Assembly: GCA_964276515.1 (NCBI GenBank)
Contig: OZ193909.1
Location: 13,020,001-13,084,000, forward strand
Direction: 5' to 3'
Source: Gordius albopunctatus
Lineage: Eukaryota
DNA length: 64,000 nt
The translations under genes and the position numbers were made by a program. Shown piece by piece: positions 10,666-23,042 of the stretch (its first letter is position 1; each line of letters begins with the position of its first letter). The notes beneath the pieces are model-generated. The model did not search any database. It was given only the letters and a program-made list of their open reading frames with translations, and was not told the DNA's origin.

Positions 10666-11707
10666 TAAATAACTTGGTGGACGGACGGACGGACGGACAA
10701 CCAAAAACGAGCCCATAAATTGCATAGCAATTAATATTGGAATAATTAATACCTCAATGACTCCTAGTAAATACAGTAATCCTGATGCTCTATCCTTACG
10801 TTTAAAGCTATATAAATGACGTGAAGTTCAATCTATTAACTATGAAGATCAATATATTTTGATATTAAGATTAATATCTTAGATCGCCAAAATGCATCAG
10901 ATAATAATACAATCCAGTATGCATTATTGCCAATTCACAATTAATATACTGATTCCATTCCTTTTTTAAAAGGTTCTCATACAAACGTTTATCCACTCTA
11001 TTCAGTAATGCCTGAAACCATAGTTGCTTAAAATTAAAAATTATAAAATTACGGCTAGTTGCTCGGAACCGAATTCTTCCAATGGTAACTTAGCTGGAAA
11101 AAATGGAGTCATATATTGTTCCTTGACTTTAAAATCTTTGTAATTTTTAGGATGCTTTATAGTATATTACGTTTTATTCCTAAATAATTTTTGCAAAAAA
11201 TTCCACATTTGATAAATTTTATAATTTATAGTTTGTTTTATTATAAGTAGTTGTTATTTCGCAAAAATCTTAAATATAAAACAACGTCGCTTTCCAGAAC
11301 TCCAAAAATATAAAACTTACCTTTATATTACATAAATGGGGAATATTTCTAACTGTAAATCAACTTTATTTAGATATAATATTATCGAAAGATGAAACCA
11401 CTTATCAACTAATGAACTACTTTATTCAATGTTTATTATTACAACTATTCAATAATGATTGGTTACTTACAGTGAAATATGTGAAAATTGATTGATAGAA
11501 CAGACAATTAATACTCTTCGAATTACAAATGGGGTAAAAAGGGATTAGTTGAAAGGGTGTAAGTTTACAAGTAAAAGTGTAAGAGTGCATTGTCATCTAT
11601 CATGGCGTCTTTATATATCCACCACGTCTTTTCCACAACAACCATAATTCACGATAACAACAATCCACCATAATGATGGCTACCCAGACATATTTCTGTC
11701 TTTCGAT

Positions 11708-11760
11708 TCTTTTGACTCGAAATATGGTAATGCCGCATTACCATATTTCGAGTCAAAAGA
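11708..11760. repeat. Perfect 53-bp palindrome (26-bp arms, 1-nt spacer)
   Basis: TCTTTTGACTCGAAATATGGTAATGC-C-GCATTACCATATTTCGAGTCAAAAGA. Confidence 0.95.
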
Positions 11761-13399
11761 TCGCCGCGCTTAGATGCGCATAATACAAAAGCGATAACTG
11801 CGCGCATAACATAACCATTTAGAAAAGCGAGAGTACCACAAATATTAACCCTACAGGTACCAGTAAAGGTTCGGTCGAATTAATTTCTTTTACAACTTTT
11901 CAGGGCATCTCAATATGCTTTAGATAGCCCAACAATTAAAAAATATTAAAAATTGCCTACTTTATGAAATAAAGAGTGTCACCTACAGGTTACACTGGGA
12001 GACCTAAAAATACGCAAAGATAATTTTATTAAATTACTAATAAATTTAAAATATTGGTTAATTATATTGGTACGTTAACAAATAACAATCAATCAATGAA
12101 ATTATGGTTGCTTTGGTGCATACAACGCAGCACCGTTTTGTAAACTTTTTTAGTTGATATCTATTTATTGGGTTTCTGACCTTGTAAATCTAGGATTTAA
12201 AATTTATTTAGGATGTTGACCGCATTTTAAAAATAATTCTGGACAATTTTTTCAAGATAATAGAGCAGTCAGGGATTTTGATAAGCGGCATATAACCCAA
12301 ATAATGGTATGTAGCTATTTTTGTCTCGAAAAGTTACTCTTTCGGCACATTTATTGATTCTTTTCCTATGATAAGTCGTGATTTCTAATAGATGTAAGAG
12401 GCCTTACACCATGACAATTTGGAAGCATGTACCGTGATGACGTTAGAAATATTCGTTTTCCAAATAAATCTTTCTTTCTAATTTATTTTATGTCGATTTA
12501 TGGGCATTGATGATTCAAACCCTCCGTACCAGTGCCTCCAATTCACGTCTGAAAAACTATCAAAATATAAATTTTTCAAATTTAATTTGGGTAGTTTACA
12601 AATGTTTTAAAGGGTTTGTTGGCTCTCGGGTCGTGCTAGTCTATCGAGCCCGATCATGAGCAGTTACAATTCGATGCTGGACTCCTCAAACCCAGGGTCT
12701 CAAAATTGAAATAAAGTTATTATTTTCTAAATCCTCAATATATATCATAAAGTTATTCATATTGATTTTTAAGACGTTCTGACACCCTCTATAAAAGGTA
12801 TTTATACGTTTTATCAATGGAAATTAAATTTATCAGCTTTTAATTAAAATATATAAGAATTTAATCTTGTGTAACTTGTCATCCCAATTTTTTTAACATA
12901 AATTACACAGGTCTACAAAACAACATCTAACAATCGGACTCATAAATATGATAGACAATTTTGCGTTAAAAAATAATCTGATTTTAGTTTTTTCTCACAA
13001 TTACCAGTTTTTTAGATAAACGAGGTTGAAGGTGCCAAATGCCCATTTTAAGCTTTTTTGAGGCTATAATGCCACGGCATTTCTAATATTTAGTGAAAAA
13101 TAGTAATATATTCATGTAGATTAAAGTTTTATCTATAGGTCCATATAAATTTATCTTTTTGTTTTACCTTTATATTCAAATTTATTTGCATTTACGTGAA
13201 CTCCTTTCCCTTATTAAAATTCGCCCCACTATGGTTAGAAAACGGAGTACATTAGAGTTCATCTTCATACTACACAAGCGATGTTTACTAACACATCTCT
13301 ATCTCCCTTCACCTACCATCCCCTTTTCCTCTTCCACTCCCACCCCCTTCATGTGTGCTTTTGATAGATATTGGGGCGGGAGTGTAAGAGATGGATGAA

Positions 13400-14510
13400 A
13401 CAATTCACTACAAGAAAATTTGTTCACCAAGGGTCAACATCTACAAATAGTGTGACAGGTGTGAAAAGCTTGATTAAATCAACAAGTGCCCTGCACTTTA
13501 TAAAGAATGTTACAAATTCCAAAGAAGAGGACACTTTGCTTAATTTTGCCACACCAGATCTGTTTAGTATGATTAATACTTTAGACGTGAAAAATTTTAC
13601 TAATTTGGGAATTCCAAAGAAACCTTATATAAAGGTTAAAATCAACCAAAAACTTTGCAAAATGTTGTTTGATACAGGAGCTGTTGTTTCAACCATAAAT
13701 CAAGAAATTAATAATTTAATACATAATCCAGCTCTTGAAGAATGCCCTAAATTAAGATCTTGTGGAGATCATCCAATACCTATATTAGAAAAAACTAGGT
13801 CTAAAAGCTTTAACAATACCAGTAGTTGTAACAACAGCTAATGAAGTAGCAATATTTGGTCATGAATGGATCGAAGCATTTAACCTTGATCTTCCAGGAA
13901 AGGTTACAATTAATAAAATACAAAATGAATTAAAGGCTCAATTACTTTCACTGATGCAATATTTAGTGATGGCTCAGGAATTATAAAGAACTATAAAGTT
14001 TAAATCTTTTTAAAAGATGAAGCCCAGCCAATAGCATTACAAAGCCGAAGGGTACCTTTTCCCTTAAGACATGGAATTGAAAAAGTTGGAAGAAGAAGAT
14101 ATTATTAAACGTGTGGACCCATTTTTAAGTGAAGCTTAATGGATCCCACCAATGGTAAATGTTATTAAAGGTAATGGCTACATTCGAATTTGTGGGGACT
14201 TGAGGGTTACTTTAAACCCATACCTTAGTATCAATGATCATATGCAACCAACGTTTGATGACTTGATTACGAAAATTGCAGGTGGTGAAAAATATACAGT
14301 TATAGATTTGCGTGATGCGTATTCACAAATGGTGGTAGCTAAAAAGAGTAGACACTTGTTAACGATAGCTACGCATGTTGGTCATTTTAGGTACAAACGT
14401 TTACCATTTGGATTAGCAACGGCACTAAATATTTTTTAAAGATATATAGAAAACTTATTAGATGGAATTCCACAGACTGGGGTACTATTAGACGATATAA
14501 TTGTTACAGT
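13400..14510 (+). mobile_element. Decayed Ty3/Gypsy pol fragment (protease plus N-terminal RT)
   Basis: LFDTGAVVS protease motif; RICGDLRVTLN, IDLRDAYSQ and YKRLPFG; breaks off after LLDDIIVT; stops and frameshifts. Confidence 0.88.
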
Positions 14511-16446
14511 TAGGAACCTGGGAAAAAAATTAAATCTAATTCTTAATCATCTTCCATTTATTAATTAATTGATTCTTACCTTATTTTATTTTAACCGAAT
14601 CAAATTATGATAATGCCCACAATTCCAGAATGCGCGAAGATAAAAGGTATATATTATAATCCGCGCAAGCGATGTTCGATACGCGAACGAAAAATATATT
14701 ATTATGCCCCAAGTTTTTACATCTATCGGAAAAAATCAACTGTGTATTAAAATACAATGATCTTATTAATTCACGCTTATCTTTCCAGCGCAGCTGGTAT
14801 TAGCACGCGTTTTACAAAGCGAGGGGGAGAGGGGGAAGAGGTGCTTAGGAAGATGTCTATGGTCGACTGCGCACGGTAGGTTGTGCATAAGTGATTGCAC
14901 ATAGGTCGCTGCGCATGCGCGGCCGCAACACCATACCCTTCAAGATAACTTCCTCATACCCAAGTGTGGACCTCTCTAAGCACGGTCGTTAGACCTGAGT
15001 TTATGATCGCATACGTTTTTCACTTGTCCCTTGTTCGGGCGTACGTATCGAACTGCATATCTGTCTTGGTCTTTCAATCAGTCTTTTCGATTTGATTTCA
15101 TTCACCCAAAATTTGATCGTACTTGCCCATCGAGCTTGCTGGGGGGGGGGGGTTGTTTGTTGTAAGGTAACGTCATATCGATGGCTAACGATTGACCACG
15201 TATATGTGAGCATCGTTGGGTTCAGGATACTCTACCCCAATGTTTTTGCTGTACGCAACCCAAAGAAATTTCCAGGTTTTCCCCATGAAAGCGAGACAGA
15301 AACATTTTCGTCACCCTAAGCCGCTCCTCAACAAGAGCTGCTAGCCTCTCGACCAAAGAATACGATATTTCCCTTAAATTATCAGCGTCGTCGCTATAAC
15401 ACACATCAGCTATCGACGCCGACACGGGCACCAGCGACATCACTAAGCGTAAAAAATTGTCATCAGGCGTATCTCGCATAAAATGCAACTCCGCCTACCA
15501 TAATCACCTGGAAGCTATGAACTCCATAACGCTAACCTTGGACCTGATTACGATGATATTAGCTCTCATCAAACCACGTGCGACGTTCCGGTAACAAACC
15601 AAATGTATATCACACCATGCGCAATCGGCAAAAATATTTGCCTACCCAGGAAATTCGACCTCATCAGACCTATAGAGGTGATACGGCGTATAGCCAGAAA
15701 AAACAGGTCATTACAGGCATAAAGCCTCCAAAAATAAATTCGCATCTGGGATCACGTGCGCGCATGCAATACTAAATTTCATACCCAAATCATAGTCGTA
15801 CACGCACGCTCTGTACCGACAGAATTTCTTCGGGCTAGGCCCTACCGTCCCTATGCACCGGCATTACCCATCAGCACATATTGACCACACTGCCCTGTAC
15901 AGGCAACTTTCATGCAAAACGTAAAATATCACCGCGTCGTATTGTCCACCCGCCATATTCCGATCATCAAGCAGGTACCGATAGAATTTTCCGAAATCGC
16001 AATAGAATCCCACAGCACCGGCACTACATACCTTCGGCGCCCTATTATCGCACTGTCAGATACCAGCTGATCCATCAAAGACAATGACAGACAGCGATTG
16101 ACGGTCACATGCGCGTCAATCATGTTCATAAATATAAATAAATTTCATGCAAAAAGAAGGTGAAAAAATGAAAGAATAAAACATGCATTAAAAATTATTT
16201 ACCTTTGCGCGATTTCTAATGGAATTTATGAACTAACTAATTGGATTCAAAAATATTGCCATACCCTTCTTATTACCCCAAAATTAAAGTTATTATAACA
16301 ATCAAAATAGTTTTGATAAAATTCCAATCTTAAAATATTATTCATCACTTTAACCAAAAAATAAAAAAACCAAAAACATTAAAATTATTTGAGTATCGTT
16401 TACTTCTGACACCACGGAAAAAAGGTTAAATTTAATTCTTAATTAA

Positions 16447-16665
16447 CTAGATGAACCCGGCAAACGTTGTTTTGCCATTTACCCGGGTGTATTAAATTAT
16501 GTTGGAATTTTAGAGCATATATGATGATAAAGCGGTTATTGAAGTAAAAATAAAGTTTGATGTCGTCTATATGTTCTACTTCTATTGTTCTATTTCAGTA
16601 TACAGTGCAACGCGTACGAATACTCGAAAACTACTGGACCAATTTGGCTCAAACAAATCTTAAAA
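16447..16665 (-). mobile_element. Helitron 3' fragment, same family as 3438-3780
   Basis: Reverse-complement match including the hairpin and CTAG terminus at 16447-16450. Confidence 0.85.
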
Positions 16666-16666
16666 C

Positions 16667-17365
16667 AGATTTACGCAATTGGTTTTGTCGTTTTGGGATA
16701 CCTAATCAGATAGTGTCCGATAACGGGCCACAATTTGCCGGAACTGAATTCTATAAATTCTGTATTCAGAATAATATTATACATACAAAGTTTACTCCCT
16801 ATCACCCTAAAACAAACAGGCTAGCTGAAAGAATTATACATACTTTAAAAAGTAGATATTGGGCAGGAGGAAAGGAGATGTTAGACAAAGAATAATTATG
16901 ACTTCAGCAAGTTCTTATGTGTTATCGGAATTCGCCCCAAGCGACTACTGGAAAAGCCCCTGCAGAAATGTTTATTGGGAGAAGGGTAAAAACAGCTATC
17001 GATTTGATCAAACTTGACCCAAGAAGAAAAATGAAGGAAAACACGTGGAAACAAAAAGTGTGTCATGATCGCAAGACGAATTGTAGATAATTTACGGTTG
17101 GAGATCCAGTGTAAATTTTAAATGGAAAAAAATCCGGTTGGCATAAAGGAGTGATCGGTGAACGAAAAAGCTATTATTCTTATAATGTCCGCACAAATGA
17201 GGAAATACCAAGAAAACATGACGACCAGTTAAAATTTTAATTACGTTCCGTGTTTAAGCCAAATGTAGAGGCACTGATGAAAGCAAATCTTGAACCAAAC
17301 ATTGATATAGCTGAAAATCTAACTATTATAAGACGGTCTACAAGAATTTTAAAGAAACCTAGGTG
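16667..17365 (+). mobile_element. Decayed Gypsy integrase fragment
   Basis: WFCRFGIPNQIVSDNGPQF ... PYHPKTNRLAER, YRNSPQATTGKAPAEMFIGR, C-terminal RRSTR. Confidence 0.88.
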
Positions 17366-17431
17366 CGTTTTCATGATGAGTTCAATTTTTAAAAAAGAGA
17401 GCTTTAATTTCGCCCAATGGATTAAGTATTA

Positions 17432-19654
17432 GGAGGCATGGAGGGAGTAGCAGTATATATCGATGATATACTAATTAAAATTAAAACTGAAGAAGTCCAC
17501 AGCGAGTAGTTACTCAAGGTAGTATTACAAAAGTGGCGGTGGGTTCGTGCCAAATATAACCAAGATCATCTTATGGGCTAAATAATTAATATTTTTGGGA
17601 TACTTAATTAGCAACAAAGGGATTGAACCAACCTAGTAACGCAATTAAATAAAAATGAAATTAAATCTTTTCTTGTGTTAGTCATATTTTTCAAAGTTTA
17701 TTATAAACCACGCTAAAATCGTGCACCTTATTTAAAAACTCATGGAAAAAAACGTGACGTACCACTGGGGTGGAGAACAACAAGCTACATTTGACGTTAT
17801 TAAGTCTGCGCTTACTAAGGTCTCAGTGCTAGCATACTTTAATCGAGATTTGGAGACAGGTCTGATCGTAGACGCAGACGCACCTGGTACATGGCTAGGG
17901 GCTATCTTACAACAACGAGCACCAATTGGAAGAGATAGTAAAGGCCGATATTCAACGATTGAACGGGTGGCGCTGGCGGTGGTCCATGGACTTATAAAGT
18001 TTACTGAATATGTAGAAGGACGAAACATTACTATTATGACGGATCATAGACCGCTAGTTTATATATTTGACCAAAGCAAAAGGACAAGCGAAAATGGTCC
18101 CACGATTAATTAGGTGGACATTTATCGTATCAGGTCAGGTTACACGATTAAATTTGAGTACAACAAGAGATCAGAAAACGTGGCAGATTTCTTGTCCAGG
18201 AAACCGAACGAGCACGCATATCATGCTAGCGATGAGATGCCAAAAGACTCTACAAATCCATTTATATCATTGGACGTAGTGAGACAACACACCTTGAACG
18301 ATCCAGGGGTTCGTCAGTTAAAAGAGTGTATAAGAGGCAAACACAAGACGATTACTTATGGGCTAAAACGCCATTACGAAAAACACTGGAATCAAAAAAC
18401 ATAATATTTTACAAGGGACGACAAATATTAATTCCGGCTAAATTCAAGAGGAGTCGTACTCCAAAGACTATATAGGGCTCATGTGGGTATCAAGCGAATA
18501 CATAAAAAGAGGCAGTATATATGGTGGCCGACTCTCGACGATGACTCATTGAGCGTAGCAAAATGGTGCTTAAGTTGCAATTACACCGCCACGGCAGCGA
18601 GTAAACCTAGCCTTAGACCTTGAGATCAAGTATATATGAATATTATGGGTCCTCTAAAAGGTAAATCATACCTGGTTATGGTGGATAATAGCTCAAAATG
18701 AGTAAAAGTGTTTAAAATAGAAGACACCACATCGATTACCATAATAAAAATAACTTGGCGAAATGTTTGCGAGATTCGGGAACCCACCTTTTTTAATATC
18801 AGATAGCGAGCCGCAATTCAAAGGTCAAGAGTTATATCGTTTTTGCAAGATGAGAGGGATTAATCAGCGATGCAAGCCTTTTACCATCCTGCTTCCAACG
18901 GGCTGGCAGAAGGGTACGTACAATTGATCAAAGAAGCCATTATAAGAAACTAGTGTAGATTTTTGGAAAACTATAGATCTGCAAAACACCCCACAACAAA
19001 TAAAAGCTCAGCCAAGGTGATGCTAAAAAGGCGTATGCGAACCGAAAGGGAGGTATTAAGGGAAACAGTACAACAACATAGACGGGGAACCCGCGTATGT
19101 TCGACGTAGAACACAAGGTTTGGGTACGCATGCTTTTGGGGCTAAGCAAATGGTATAAGGCACGATAAAAAGTAAGCACGATAGTTGATTTTACTATGTT
19201 TGAGCTCAGTGAAGAAAGCACTACCGACACTTGGAATAAGTAAGAGAACGGAAAATTATTAATTGGACCACACTATGGCAGGAGAGCGGGTGGCCTTAAA
19301 GGATGACATCAGAAGGGGAAGTGATGGAGCAACGGCAACCAGAAACAAGTTTCCCAAGGGAACAAATTCAAACCCATATTGGGACATCTAGAGAGGAACC
19401 CAGTTACCCGCAACGTAGTCGAAAACCGCCAGCATTTCTTACGGATTTTGTCTGTAAAAGGGGGGGGAGGTGCTGTAGAGAGGTAATAAGAGTGCGTAAT
19501 GCCTCGGGCGATACGTGAATTACCGAATTGAAGATAGATAGTGGTAATGCCTCGTGTGACGATTAAATTACCTTTAATTGGTTTTAACCTATATCTTCGT
19601 TTGTGAATACACGATTATTATTTTTTTCGGTTTTATCTAAACCCCTTCCTAACA
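17432..19654 (+). mobile_element. Second decayed Gypsy element: RT C-part, RNase H, integrase, PPT and 3' LTR (19471-19654)
   Basis: VYIDDILI, DADA..LGAILQ, YSTIERVALAVV, TDHRPL, NVADFLSR, YHPASNGLAE; PPT AAAAGGGGGGGGAGG directly before a TG...CA segment of 184 bp. Confidence 0.85.
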
Positions 19655-20414
19655 TTGATTGTAATATTATACCTCACATTCAAAAATTCCTTTATATTGT
19701 TTCGGCTAAGGCTTTTTGGACTGGCATGAGCTTCGCTTTGAGCTGGCAATAAAGATCAATCTGAGTTAAACGCCCAATTATTTTTATTTTTTATTATCCG
19801 AGACCAGCCAACGGTTTAAATTTTTGCAAATCTTGGTATGATAAATAAATATGCAAGAATGTAAATCTTTGTATGCGCTTTATTCCCTTCCACCTAACAA
19901 AAGTTTTATACTCTCAAATATAGGAAAAATCAAGAATGAATCAAAACACGATTTGTTGTCAATATATAGGGAACGTGGAAATATTAGGTGTATTGGTAAA
20001 AATACGAATGTTGACTTGCCTAAAAGTATAAAACTAAAATGATTGATGATGTAATCATATTGTTCAAAACACTAAGAAGGAATTAAAGAAATAGTTGATA
20101 GGTGAGAGTGTGGGAAACCCATTGAGGTAATTATTTGAAACAAGTTAAATAGTGCGAGTATGGGAATCGGTGAGCCACAGTAACTTTTGATGTTTTATGC
20201 AAAGGACGTAACACCTAAACCTTATATCACTCCTAAAATTTTCTACCTCTAAATTAATCAAACTAATTCTTCCTAAATTTATCTTTTTTTTATCATAAAT
20301 TAAATTTTTTAAAGATAAAAAATATTACAGGTGATGCTACAAAGTTAAGCTTAAGGATACTAATCATATTTGATAAATATTAAGAAATGTATTCATTTGC
20401 GGTTTACTTTATAA

Positions 20415-21748
20415 ATGAATACCCTCCCTTGGTTTTTAAAAATCCTTAAAACTAATGTTAAACGCTTTTCATCACAAAAATTGCCATCATATGATGATTT
20501 CATTAAATATTCTCATAACTTTGACATTGGCAGAATATTTATTGATAGCAACATACAAACCATCATAAAAAATATTAATATGGAAACTATGGATATTAAT
20601 AAAGTTTTCCTACCAAATAAACAAAAACGTGAGATGGCAACTATCAAATTATTAACTACTGATCAGTATGAACAATTAATTGATGATGCTAAGATAAGGG
20701 CATTAGAAAAACTGCAACCCCCTACCTTTTTATTACCTAGAAGTCCTATAGAAGTATTTATATTGTTCAAATTAATTAAAAGTTAATAGGGTTTTTTAAA
20801 ATTTGATAAAGAAATTGAAAACTTTGACACCTCCACATATGTTTTTACTGATATTACATTTGGAATTAATAATAGAGATAGGTTCATAGTTGTTAGAGAG
20901 CCAAATGGTTTTTTAAGGAAAGCTACTTGGGAAGTATGTTTAAATTAAATCTGTTTATGAATTTTAAGGAAAGAGATAGAATGAATCAAATATATTTTCC
21001 CAAAGAGAGAAGGGAGCTGCATTTACCTAAAATGTTTGAACCAGAATATTTTCAGGTAGATAAAACTATTTTTATATTAGCTATTAAATATTCTTCAACT
21101 TATTTTTAAAGTTTGTCTTAAAAATCTAAATAATTGTGAGTCAATAAATTATATTTAACACTTTTCTATTAGGACGCTCTTGAAAAGGGTAAATACATAT
21201 TTGTGCTCGATAGAATTCTTACTCAATTTGAACCTGATCATCCATTATATCTGCCCCTCATGTTTCAAACATTTGATCATGTGATTAAAAATGGCCATCT
21301 AAAGGAACTTGTTTCAACACGGTATTTTGGATCACTTGTTCTTTATCAAGCCCTCAAAAATGATGTTGACGACATCTTAATTTATATACTTGAATCATGT
21401 AATAAGAAGGACCTTTTTGATCAATCGCTTTTGGCCTGTTTCTATGTGCTATCCTTGCACCTAAATGTTGTGACAATAATCGAAAGCAATGTTAAAAAGA
21501 CAACTGATAAACCTGTTAATCCAGAAAATAGTGAAGAATTATTAAATCCTTCAACAATTCATAACTTAAATACACTAGAAGAGAGCCATTCTGCAGAAGA
21601 AATAATAAAAATTTTGAATGCATACATATCTCAAAGGCAAAAGCTTTGTCCAGACCATTCTAAATTGGAAAAAATAGAGAATGGCATAAAAAATTATTTA
21701 AACCAATGTGATCAAGCCCAATACACATTAAAAAAACAAAGAATTTAG
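20415..21748 (+). CDS. MRPS22: Mitochondrial 28S ribosomal protein S22 (381 aa); exons 20415-20753, 20790-20933, 20969-21055, 21173-21748
   Basis: Spliced frame is continuous. Motifs [54 protein letters not shown]...QFEPDHPLY and STRYFG. Introns of 36, 35 and 117 nt. Confidence 0.9.
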
Positions 21749-23042
21749 ACTTTACTGGTCTAAAATTAAATTGATAGTATTTTATTATAATATTTGAACA
21801 TAATATTATTAAATAAACAAAAAAACTTAACAAAATTTTTATGTTTCAAATTTTATCAAAAGGGGTTGAGCTATTAATCTTTTAAAAGTATTAGCCATAC
21901 TTTATGCTAAAAGTATATTGCATAAAAAGTGACCTTTACCTAGCTTTTTACTTTAAATTATTTTGAAAACAAACCATATTTAATGATTATAATCATATAA
22001 TAGCTCTTTTTAAGCCTTAAAATATTCAAAGAAAAATTTATTTTTTCATTAACTTATTAACCATTCCTTATTTTACCTAAAAATGATTTTGATATAAATC
22101 CTATCTAAAAATTTATATCAAATGTTATTAGAGCTTAAAATTTGTATCACTTTCATGCAAAACCTATACCATCAATAAAAATCGCCAACATCAACTGGAG
22201 TTGCAGGATTCAAAGGCATGTTACTCTAGCAAGTCTTTAGGTTCAGAACAAAAATTAATAATATGTTTAAAAATTATTATAAAAATTTGGCAAGTAGCTT
22301 TGGACGTTTATAACAATATTTCTAAAATAATATAAATTAGCATACATACTCAATTTTATACTTTAGATTAAAATACGACTTAAGAATATTATTCCCTTAA
22401 ATAATGGGATTCGAAATAAATTAGCCCTCATAGTTTATATGTTAAAAAGTTGATTTACTTAAATATCAAAATTTGTAACTAAAACCACTTTCATTAATTG
22501 AAACATTATATTATATAACAAGTAAGAATTGCTTAGGTTTATTTTTGATCAAAATGTCAGTTTTCATTAAGAAAAAGGGTATATCCTATAGCTTTTTATC
22601 ACATTTGGTGTTCAAGAGATTGGATGATGGCTGATGCTCAGCTATCCAGGCCTGACGGCCATGTTGAAGATGTGAAAAGGGCAATTAAGCCTACTTAAAA
22701 ATTGCATGACCTTACTGAGCATTTATTTAAGTTTTATGAAATGAAATAGTAATTTACTTATGTAAACGACGAAGTTTATATAAATTTATTTTTACAAATT
22801 TGTTATTATATACATAATCAATGGGGAAGTTACAAATATAACAATTTACGAATCGTAGTAAACAATATTTAAAAACAGATTTTAACATAAGGAATCAGAT
22901 CGTACAATCACTGTTGGTCTTTTATTCTTATAGCACAGAAGAAAGTATAATCAATACATATCAATGAAAAACGAAAGATCGCAGCAAAAGGTTGGTATTA
23001 AATGGTGAAGGGTGAATTAATGGCCTATGCCTTGGTAGCTCT

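Larger units (their letters stand above)
8292..10734 (-). mobile_element. Helentron/DINE-1-like non-autonomous element with internal tandem arrays
   Basis: Inverted repeats TTGCTATGCAATTTATG at 8384-8400 and 10714-10730, with an extra internal copy near 9459; (GTCC)n next to the head; GGGAC-TTCG-GCCC hairpin near 8300. Confidence 0.6.

Noticed and set aside
10610..10670. Functional tRNA gene
   Set aside because: Only a 3'-half-like T-arm; no D-arm/A-box or paired acceptor stem.
11845..12010. piggyBac-like end (TTAA CCCTACAGG)
   Set aside because: No matching opposite terminus or TSD found.
16557..16895. Chimeric 112-aa ORF as a real gene
   Set aside because: Fortuitous read-through from a Helitron fragment into a decayed Gypsy integrase.
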